In this document: positions 1 to 6,465 of the stretch, piece by piece
Layout: each line of letters begins with the position of its first letter
How positions within the stretch are numbered: position 1 is the stretch's first letter
Origin: Candidatus Methylomirabilota bacterium
Lineage (GTDB): Bacteria > Methylomirabilota > Methylomirabilia > Rokubacteriales > CSP1-6
Direction: 5' to 3'
DNA length: 10,809 nucleotides
NCBI GenBank assembly: GCA_046726415.1
Contig: JBKPAK010000104.1
Span: 1-10,809, forward strand
Notes under the pieces: generated by a model
The model's database searches: none
What the model was told of the DNA's origin: nothing
The model's input: the letters and a program-made list of their open reading frames with translations, nothing else
Translations under genes and position numbers: made by a program

Positions 1-1
1 C

Positions 2-847
2 GCCTACCAGGCGGCCGACGGCACCCTGGATCTCACCCGCAAGGACTACGGCTACAAGCCCGCCCCGCGCCACGCCGATCTCTATCGCGGCTGCCAGTTC
101 CCGCGCCGGCCGAACATGCGGCCGCCCGAGGAGGTGGTGAAGAACAAGCCCGCGTGGGCGGAGGCCTTCCGCCTACGTGCGGGAGAGCACGCGCAGGCCG
201 TGCTACGCGCCATCCACGCCGGCACGCAAGAAGAGATTCGCCTCCGGGCCGCGATGATGGCCTCGGTCGATGAAGGCGTCGGCATGGTCTTCGACGCCCT
301 CGAGCGCACCGGCCAGCTCGATCGGACGTTCATCCTCTTCCTCGGCGACAACGGGTACTTCTTCGGCGAACATGCGTTGGGACCCGAGCGACGCTTCGCC
401 TATGAAGAAGGCATCCGCTCGCCGTTCGTGCTCCGCTATCCGCCGCTGGCGAAGGCCGGTGCGGCGGTGAGCGAACTGGTGCTCGCCCTCGATATCGCCC
501 CGACCGTCATCGAGCTCGCCGGCGCGACGCCGGGACCGCATATTCAGGGCCGCTCGCTGGTGCCGCTGCTCGCGGAACGTCCGGCGCACTGGCGGCGCGC
601 GTTCCTGGTCGAGTACTTCACCGAGAACGCGATGTCCTGGCTGGTCGGCATGAGCTACAAGGCGGTGCGCACCAGCCGCCACAAGCTCATCCACTGGGTG
701 AACCGCGATGGCGTCGACGAGCTGTATGACCTCGAGGCCGATCCCTACGAGCTGGTGAACGGCATCGACGACGCGCGGTATGCTGGTGTCGCACGCGAGT
801 TGCGCGCCGAGCTGGCCCGACTGGTTGCCGCCTCGTTGGGACTCTAG
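2..847 (+). CDS. Sulfatase family protein (N-acetylglucosamine-6-sulfatase-like), 5'-truncated by the window edge
   Basis: The frame of ORF 116..847 is open back to position 2 (AYQAADGTLDLTRKDYGYKPAPRH...). It has sulfatase C-terminal motifs SVDEGVG, FLGDNGYFFGEH, YEEGIRSP, LDIAPT, IQGRSL and ELYDLEADPYE. The N-terminal CxPxR motif would lie outside the window. Confidence 0.9.
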   Translation, partial: AYQAADGTLDLTRKDYGYKPAPRHADLYRGCQFPRRPNMRPPEEVVKNKPAWAEAFRLRAGEHAQAVLRAIHAGTQEEIRLRAAMMASVDEGVGMVFDALERTGQLDRTFILFLGDNGYFFGEHALGPERRFAYEEGIRSPFVLRYPPLAKAGAAVSELVLALDIAPTVIELAGATPGPHIQGRSLVPLLAERPAHWRRAFLVEYFTENAMSWLVGMSYKAVRTSRHKLIHWVNRDGVDELYDLEADPYELVNGIDDARYAGVARELRAELARLVAASLGL

Positions 848-893
848 TCTTGGTCTAGGAACGCGTCGGGGTATCGAGGATGAGGAGGGGCCG

Positions 894-1673
894 ATGAGTC
901 TCGATGACCGTGTCGCGATCGTCACCGGAGCGGGGCAGGGTATCGGCAAGGCCACCGCGATTGCGCTCGGAAAGGCGGGCGCGCACGTCGCAGTGGTCGA
1001 TATCGACCTCGGGGCGGCCAAGGCCACTGCGGATGCCGTGACCGGGCTCGGGCGCCGAAGCCTGGCGGTCGACGCCGACGTCGGCGACGTCGCCGGCATC
1101 GATCGGATGGCCAGCCGCGTTGCCGACGCGTTCGGCCGGATCGACATCCTCGTGAACAACGCGGGCGTCACGCGCCGCGCCTACATCATGGATCTCACCG
1201 AAGAAGACTGGGAGCGCATCATGCGCGTCAACGGCAAGGGCGTCTTCTTCTGCCTGCAGCGCGTGGCGCGCGAGATGATCGCCCGCGGGAGCGGCATGAT
1301 CATCAACATCGCATCCATCGCGGGCAAGGGGTACGCGGGGACCTCGAACGCCATCTACGCGGCGAGCAAGGGCGCCGTGATCGCGCTCACCCGGATCGCC
1401 GCCCTTCAGCTCGCCCGCCACAACATCAACGTCAACGCCATCTGCCCCGGAACCACGGTGACCGCGCTCTCGGAGGGAAATCTCAGATCCCGCGCCCGTG
1501 AGGAGGGCGTCAGCGTCGAGGAGATGGAGCGCCGGCGGAATTCCGGCATTCCGATCGGGCGTCCGAACGAGCCCGAGGACGTCGCCGCCCTGGCGGTCTT
1601 CCTGGCCTCGCCGGGGGCGCGGAACATCACCGGACAATCCTTCAATGTCGACGGGGGTGTGATCCTCGACTGA
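894..1673 (+). CDS. Classical short-chain dehydrogenase/reductase (SDR), probably NAD-dependent
   Basis: Motifs TGAGQGIG, VVDID (acidic residue after beta2 suggests NAD preference), NNAG, catalytic S...YAASK, VNAICPG and ITGQSFNVDGG. Start placed at ATG 894, just after SD GAGGAGG at 882-888. 259 aa. Confidence 0.93.
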   Translation: MSLDDRVAIVTGAGQGIGKATAIALGKAGAHVAVVDIDLGAAKATADAVTGLGRRSLAVDADVGDVAGIDRMASRVADAFGRIDILVNNAGVTRRAYIMDLTEEDWERIMRVNGKGVFFCLQRVAREMIARGSGMIINIASIAGKGYAGTSNAIYAASKGAVIALTRIAALQLARHNINVNAICPGTTVTALSEGNLRSRAREEGVSVEEMERRRNSGIPIGRPNEPEDVAALAVFLASPGARNITGQSFNVDGGVILD

Positions 1674-1684
1674 GGGACATCCCC

Positions 1685-1978
1685 TCACGTGAATTCCCGG
1701 GGAACCGGCCTCGTCTCGAGCCGGCGAGTCACCAGGAAGTTGATCCCGCACAGGGCCAGTCCGAGGGCGACCAGAATCACCGCGCGCAGGTAGATGCCCG
1801 CCTTGAACTGGGTCATGAGGGCCAGGCATGTCACCGCTCCCAGCCCCGGCACCCATGAGGGAACCGCGAAGTGCCGGTGCCTCAAGATCAGCATCGCCGG
1901 AGAAATGGCGCGCTTGAGCTCTCCGACGTGGTGGGAATCGGTCGCTGCGATATCGGCGGGTGCGCCCGCCCTGGCCAT
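1685..1978 (-). pseudogene. Remnant of an APC-family amino acid permease (N-terminus fused to the last two TM helices)
   Basis: 97-aa ORF. ELKRAISPAMLIL resembles the start of APC permeases (ELKRxxxxxxLxLF). It is followed directly by RHFAVPSWVPGLGAVTCLALM...IYLRAVILVALGLALCGINFLVTRR, which resembles their final two TM helices. Confidence 0.55.
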
Positions 1979-2124
1979 CAGCGTAGACGCCCCGGCGCGG
2001 GCGCCCCCGTGGCGCGGAACAGCGCGATCGGGAGGAGCACTGGCATCCCGAACACCGAGCCATGATAGCAGGACTCATGGGTGCCGAGGATCGCTTGACG
2101 TACACTCCAGGGGGGCTTCGGATC

Positions 2125-3720
2125 ATGACGCCTGAGAAGCAGGTCGTCTTTGCGTGGATCGATCAGCATCGGGCGCGTCTCTCGGACTATCACCAGGTGA
2201 TCTGGAAGTATGCGGAGCCGGCGTGGCGCGAGTATCGATCGGCGGCCTTCTACGTGGATCTGCTGGGCAAGGAAGGATTCGAGGTCGAGGCGGGGAGCGC
2301 CACGATGCCGACGGCCTTCTGCGCCACCTACGGTCGCGGGCGCCCCGTGCTGGGCGCCTACGCGGAGTACGACGCGGTACCGGGAATGTCGCAGGCCCCG
2401 GTTCCCTATCGCGCGCCGCGCGAGGGGTCGAATCGGTGGGCGGCCGGGCACACCGACCCCCATTCGGCGCTCGGCATCGGCGCGTTGACCGGCGTCCTCG
2501 CCGCCAAGGCCGCCATGGAGCGCCACCAGTTGCCGGGCACGATCAAGTTCTTCGGCGAGCCTGCCGAGAAGGTCTGCGGCTCCAAGCCGGTGCACGCCGC
2601 CCACGGCTACTACGACGATCTCGACGCCGCGATCTCCTTTCACCCGACCTCGCTCCCGGCCCTGGCCAACACGGCGATCTGGGACACGCACTGCGGCTGC
2701 TACTGGAGCAAGATCTACACCTTTGAGTGCGTCGCGCCGGAGACCTGGGGCAGCGCCGGCGCGCGCGAGGGGACGAACAACACCCACACCGTGGCGCGCG
2801 CACCCGCCGCACTCGACGCCGTCTGCCTCATGTACACGACCACGAAGTACACGAAGGAGGCGATGCTCCCTCACCGCGGCTCCTGGACCTTGAACGAGTT
2901 CATCCTCGTGGCCGGGCAGGCCACCTCCGATAACCTGGCCCCCACGGTGAGCCAAATCCAGTACGCCTGGCGATGTCCGTCCCTGGAAATGGCCGAGAGG
3001 ATCCGGGCCGTCCTCGATCAGAACGCGCGCCACGTGGCCGCCGTCACGCACTGCCGACTCGTCGATGCCTGGGTGACCAAGACGCGCGTAGGCCTGGCGA
3101 ATCACGCCATGGCCGAGATCGCGTACCGGAACCTCGAGTTGGCGGGGCCACCCGTGCTCGGCGAGGAGGCCAAGGCCTTCGCCCGCCAGATCCAGTGGAC
3201 GCTCGGTCTCGCGCCGATGGACGAGCCGTTCCTGCCGGAGATCACCGAGCTGACGCCGCCCGAGGTCGGAGAGGAGCGCCTGCGCCAATCGCTGCCCCCG
3301 TGGCAGACGAACTACACCTCCGACGACTATGTCGAGTACACGTGGCACGCGCCGACCGTGCGGCTCTATGTCGGCCGCGCAATGCTCCGGCCGGCGGTGC
3401 CGGACTACCGCTATCCCGACTGGCCACGGAACGCCCTGGGCGGCTTCCCGCCGGCCATCGACCCCCTCTGGTACACGGCGGGGCGAGCCATCGGCGCGAC
3501 GCTGGTCGAGCTGATGGCATCCCCGGCCGCCGTCGAGCGGGCCCGAAGCGAGTTCGTGGAGCGGACTGGCGGCGGGATCGGCGGCTCGCGATGGGTGCCA
3601 CCCCTCCTCCCGCGCAATTTTCCCGCGCCGGTTCACTACCGCTGGCCGGAGTACGTGACGACGGCGCGCGGGGAGGAGTGGTGGATCCCGACGCCTCCCG
3701 ACGACGAGATGCCCGCGTGA
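2125..3720 (+). CDS. M20 family amidohydrolase, AbgB (p-aminobenzoyl-glutamate hydrolase subunit B)-like, divergent
   Basis: Motifs IWKYAEPAWREYRSA, MPTAFCATYG, AEYDAVPGMSQ, GTIKFFGEPAE, ISFHP and ALDAVCLM are recognisable as AbgB-type. Start at ATG 2125 after AGGGGG (2109-2114). 531 aa. Confidence 0.85.
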   Translation: MTPEKQVVFAWIDQHRARLSDYHQVIWKYAEPAWREYRSAAFYVDLLGKEGFEVEAGSATMPTAFCATYGRGRPVLGAYAEYDAVPGMSQAPVPYRAPREGSNRWAAGHTDPHSALGIGALTGVLAAKAAMERHQLPGTIKFFGEPAEKVCGSKPVHAAHGYYDDLDAAISFHPTSLPALANTAIWDTHCGCYWSKIYTFECVAPETWGSAGAREGTNNTHTVARAPAALDAVCLMYTTTKYTKEAMLPHRGSWTLNEFILVAGQATSDNLAPTVSQIQYAWRCPSLEMAERIRAVLDQNARHVAAVTHCRLVDAWVTKTRVGLANHAMAEIAYRNLELAGPPVLGEEAKAFARQIQWTLGLAPMDEPFLPEITELTPPEVGEERLRQSLPPWQTNYTSDDYVEYTWHAPTVRLYVGRAMLRPAVPDYRYPDWPRNALGGFPPAIDPLWYTAGRAIGATLVELMASPAAVERARSEFVERTGGGIGGSRWVPPLLPRNFPAPVHYRWPEYVTTARGEEWWIPTPPDDEMPA

Positions 3721-3732
3721 GAGCGCCAAGGC

Positions 3733-4566
3733 ATGCGGATCGTGGCGTGGAACATTCGGGCGGGGGGCGGGCGGCGCGTCGATGGCATCCTCCGCCAGCT
3801 CGAGCGCTGGGCACCGGACGCCGTCGTCCTGTCGGAGTTCCGATCGACGGCGCCGAGCCGCGCGCTGGCCGCCGGCCTCGCGGCCGGGGGCCTACCCCAT
3901 CAACTGGCGACGGCTGATCCGAGGCGACCAGGCGCGAACGCGCTGCTGATTGCGGCGCGCTGGCCTCTGCGCCACGTCCGTCTCCACGGTGCGCCTTCCG
4001 AGCCCGGTCGCTGGCTCATGGCCGCCGTGGAAGCCCCCCTTTCGCTCATGCTCGGAGCGATGCACGTGCCGAACCGCGCAGGAGGGCGCAAGGATCCATT
4101 CCTGGACTCGGTGCTGGCCTGCGCCCGGCGTTGGCGCCTCGGCCCTGCGCTCTTCGTCGGCGATACGAACTCGGGACGGCGGGGTCTCGATGAGGAGGTG
4201 CCCGTCTTCAACGCGCGCGAGGAGGGCTGGATCGACGCCCTCGCCGGCTGCGGCTGGGTTGACGCCTTTCGCCACCTCAGCGCCGCCGCCCGCGTCTACA
4301 CGTGGTATTCGCCGAACGGCCGGAACGGCTTCCGCATCGACCAGGCCTTCGTCAACCGCGCGCTGCTGGCGCACCTCGTGGAGGCCGGATACGCGTGGGG
4401 CGGCGCGGCACACCGCCGCCGGCGAGAGGCCCTCAGCGACCATGCGGCCCTGCTCGTCGATCTCGCCGAGGCGGGCCCGCCGAGCGGGGCGCATCACCGC
4501 ATCCCGACGACACCCCCCATCGCGCGCCCATCACACCCGGATCGGCTCACCCCTGTTCAACGGTGA
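3733..4566 (+). CDS. Endonuclease/exonuclease/phosphatase (EEP) family protein
   Basis: Motifs MRIVAWNI, PDAVVLSE, VGDTN, WVDAFR, YTWYS, RIDQAFVN and SDH are the conserved EEP/ExoIII-like catalytic set. Starts 12 nt after the amidohydrolase stop. Confidence 0.88.
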   Translation: MRIVAWNIRAGGGRRVDGILRQLERWAPDAVVLSEFRSTAPSRALAAGLAAGGLPHQLATADPRRPGANALLIAARWPLRHVRLHGAPSEPGRWLMAAVEAPLSLMLGAMHVPNRAGGRKDPFLDSVLACARRWRLGPALFVGDTNSGRRGLDEEVPVFNAREEGWIDALAGCGWVDAFRHLSAAARVYTWYSPNGRNGFRIDQAFVNRALLAHLVEAGYAWGGAAHRRRREALSDHAALLVDLAEAGPPSGAHHRIPTTPPIARPSHPDRLTPVQR

Positions 4567-5168
4567 AAGGTGCAGGTGATCCCGAGTGGTCGGTAGCGCT
4601 GACGCTCGGTCGACTTGGCGCACGTCGTCTGGCCGCTGCCCGGGGGCAGCGCGCGGGCCGGCCTGCGTGGATCGTAGGCTATGGCGAAGTAATAGTCCGG
4701 GTCGTCCACGATGAGCTCGAGTGCCCCCGCGCGAGGGCGAGGAGGGGAGAACGGCAGCAGAAAGCTGAATGCCACCCGCCGCTCGTGGACGCTGGCCTGG
4801 AAGTCGATGGCGGCTGGAATGTTGGCGCGGGTGCCATTGAGAAACAGCTCGATGTTGTAGTCGAAGCCCCGCAGGCCGGCGAACTGCTCGCGCTCGAGCC
4901 GTTGCGTCTCCTCGGGGGAGAAGCGGCCGTCGCCATTCGCGTCGTACGTCTGAAGCAGCAGACTGCTGAAGAAGTCGTCAAACTCCCATGTCATCCGAAC
5001 GCCATCGAGCCCGTCCGCTCCGAAGACGAGATCAAAGGAGTACGCGACGAACACATGGGGATGGGTATGCCCCCGATCCGGGAGCGCGAGCAGGAGCAGG
5101 AGAACGAGCGGAGGCAGCGACCGGCGAAAGAAGCCGACGAGCGCCGTCCCGGCCATCGTGTGCGACAT
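4557..5168 (-). CDS. DUF1007-family exported protein (HPH motif, putative metal-binding)
   Basis: Signal-peptide-like hydrophobic stretch followed by HPHVFV, WEFDDFFS, YDANGDGRFSPEE and DPDYYFAI, all typical of DUF1007. Start at 5168 (GGAAG upstream) or 5156. Confidence 0.8.
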   Translation of the reverse strand: MSHTMAGTALVGFFRRSLPPLVLLLLLALPDRGHTHPHVFVAYSFDLVFGADGLDGVRMTWEFDDFFSSLLLQTYDANGDGRFSPEETQRLEREQFAGLRGFDYNIELFLNGTRANIPAAIDFQASVHERRVAFSFLLPFSPPRPRAGALELIVDDPDYYFAIAYDPRRPARALPPGSGQTTCAKSTERQRYRPLGITCTFHR

Positions 5169-5219
5169 TCTACGCTTCCGCCGGTATCCTCGTCGGCACC
5201 CCCAAGTCGCCGAATCTTC

Positions 5220-5250
5220 TTGACAGCGCACCGGGGATGGCATTCATAGA
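5220..5250 (+). promoter_or_regulatory. Candidate sigma70 promoter of the LLM-XDH operon
   Basis: Perfect TTGACA at 5220-5225 upstream of the operators. Only an AT-richer CATTCATAGA patch at 5241-5250 stands in for a -10 element, with no clear consensus. Confidence 0.35.
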
Positions 5251-5259
5251 ACGAGCCGC

Positions 5260-5276
5260 GACTGGTCCGACCGATC
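5260..5276. promoter_or_regulatory. Degenerate FadR-subfamily GntR operator
   Basis: GACTGGTCCGACCGATC shares the 12-mer ACTGGTCCGACC with the perfect palindrome 42 bp downstream. Confidence 0.65.
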
Positions 5277-5301
5277 TGGTCGCGGCGCAGGCAAACGGTC
5301 T

Positions 5302-5318
5302 AACTGGTCCGACCAGTT
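5302..5318. promoter_or_regulatory. FadR-subfamily GntR operator (perfect palindrome)
   Basis: AACTGGTC-C-GACCAGTT is a perfect 8-1-8 inverted repeat matching the FadR-type TGGTnnnACCA consensus. A FadR-subfamily regulator is encoded in the downstream operon. Confidence 0.85.
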
Positions 5319-5345
5319 GCGGCGCGACCATGATGGAGGAGTCAT

Positions 5346-5397
5346 CCATGTCAGCCGCGAGTCGCGGAGGGAGGGGCGCCATGGCAGTCGCCAGTCG
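5346..5397 (+). repeat. Imperfect direct repeat of a translation-start unit (period 33 bp)
   Basis: CCATGTCAGCCGCGAGTCG (5346-5364) versus CCATGGCAGTCGCCAGTCG (5379-5397), 16/19 identical, each preceded by GGAGG. Confidence 0.6.
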
Positions 5398-5401
5398 ATG
5401 A
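5348..5401 (+). other. Putative short leader ORF (MSAASRGGRGAMAVASR) coupled to the LLM gene
   Basis: SD GGAGGA at 5335-5340 precedes ATG 5348, and a second SD precedes the in-frame ATG 5381. The stop overlaps the LLM start as ATGA (5398-5401). Confidence 0.4.
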
Positions 5402-6465
5402 GCGTCACCTTCGGGGTCGCGTTGCCGCTGGAGGAACCCGTGCCGGCCCTGGTGGCCCTGGCCCGCGAGGTTGAGGCGCTCGGCTACGATACCCTCTGGG
5501 GCAACGACGAGCGACTTCAGCGCGACGTCTACAGCGTGCTGGCCGTCATCGCGTCGCACACCAGCCGCCTTCGCCTCGGCCCCGGCGTCACCAATCCCTA
5601 CAGCCGACACCCCGCGCTCACCGCCGTCGCCCTGGGCACTCTCGACGAGGTGGCCGCGGGACGCGCCGTGCTCGGGATGGGCGCCGGGGGCACCAATCAC
5701 CGCGCGCTCGGCATCGCGCGCCAGCAGCCGGCGCGCGCCCTGCGCGAGGCGATCGGCCTCATCCGGGCCATGCTGCGCGGGGAAGCCGTCACCATCGACG
5801 GCCGGCTCGTTCGCGCCCGCGAGGCGCGACTGGACTTCACCCCTCCCCGCCGCGACGTGCCGATCCATGTCGGCGCGCGCGGACCGCTGATCTTGAGAAT
5901 GGCGGGCGAGCTGGCCGACGGCGTCATCGCCGGCGGCATCGGCACCGTCGAGGGATGGCGCTACATCCTCGCTGAAGTGGGCCGCGGTGCCGCCGCCGCG
6001 AAGCGGCCTCTCGCGGATCTCCGCTTCGCGGCCTGGCTCTATACGGCCATCGCCGACGATCCAGACGCGGCGGTGGACGCTATCCGGCCGATGGTGGCGA
6101 CCTCGTTGGCCACGAGCCGGCCGGTCCTCGACCAGCTCGGCATCGAGATGCCCAAAGACTACGCGCGAATCATGGAGGGGCAGGGGTGGGATCTCTCGGT
6201 GGCCTCCGTCCATCGGGCCGCGCCGGCCGTTCCGTCCCAGATCGCGGCGCGCTTCGGGCTGGCCGGAACCCCGGACCAGTGCGCGGAGCGACTGGACGCG
6301 CTGCTTCGGGCCGTGCCGGAAATCGCGCAGGTAAACGTCGTGCCCTTCGCCCCGGCCGGCCAGACCCGCCTCGGGGTATTGCGCCGCTTCATGGAGGCGG
6401 TCGCCCCCCGCCTTCGCTCACTGACGGCAGGGGTCCGCGACGGCGCGGGGACCACTCATGTCTGA
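5398..6465 (+). CDS. Luciferase-like monooxygenase (LLM) class flavin/F420-dependent oxidoreductase, Mer-like
   Basis: Motifs LAREVEALGYDTLW, TSRLRLGPGVTNPYSRHP, LDEVAAGRAVLGMGAG, VPIHVGARGP, AGELADGVI and GTPDQC. Start ATG 5398 (MSVTFGVAL). 355 aa. Confidence 0.9.
   Translation: MSVTFGVALPLEEPVPALVALAREVEALGYDTLWGNDERLQRDVYSVLAVIASHTSRLRLGPGVTNPYSRHPALTAVALGTLDEVAAGRAVLGMGAGGTNHRALGIARQQPARALREAIGLIRAMLRGEAVTIDGRLVRAREARLDFTPPRRDVPIHVGARGPLILRMAGELADGVIAGGIGTVEGWRYILAEVGRGAAAAKRPLADLRFAAWLYTAIADDPDAAVDAIRPMVATSLATSRPVLDQLGIEMPKDYARIMEGQGWDLSVASVHRAAPAVPSQIAARFGLAGTPDQCAERLDALLRAVPEIAQVNVVPFAPAGQTRLGVLRRFMEAVAPRLRSLTAGVRDGAGTTHV

Noticed and set aside
780..893. N-terminal extension of the SDR in the ORF track
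   Set aside because: It overlaps the sulfatase. ATG 894 has a strong SD and gives a normal SDR N-terminus.
2062..2124. Upstream starts for the amidohydrolase, and TTGACG followed by TACACT at 2095-2106 as a promoter
   Set aside because: Family resemblance begins at ATG 2125. The two hexamers abut with no spacer, so they cannot be a -35/-10 pair.
1978..3729. 583-aa - strand ORF, plus other long antisense or alternate-frame ORFs (203..1171, 855..2126, 2973..3917, 4302..5249, 5170..6213, 6856..8001, 6866..7828, 8242..9177, 9807..10649)
   Set aside because: Arg/Gly/Pro-rich with no motifs, and they shadow well-supported genes. Such ORFs are expected in high-GC DNA.
5398..6465. Calling the LLM gene mer (methanogenic methylene-H4MPT reductase)
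   Set aside because: The similarity is only at family level and the context is bacterial catabolism. The cofactor (F420 versus FMN) cannot be determined by eye.
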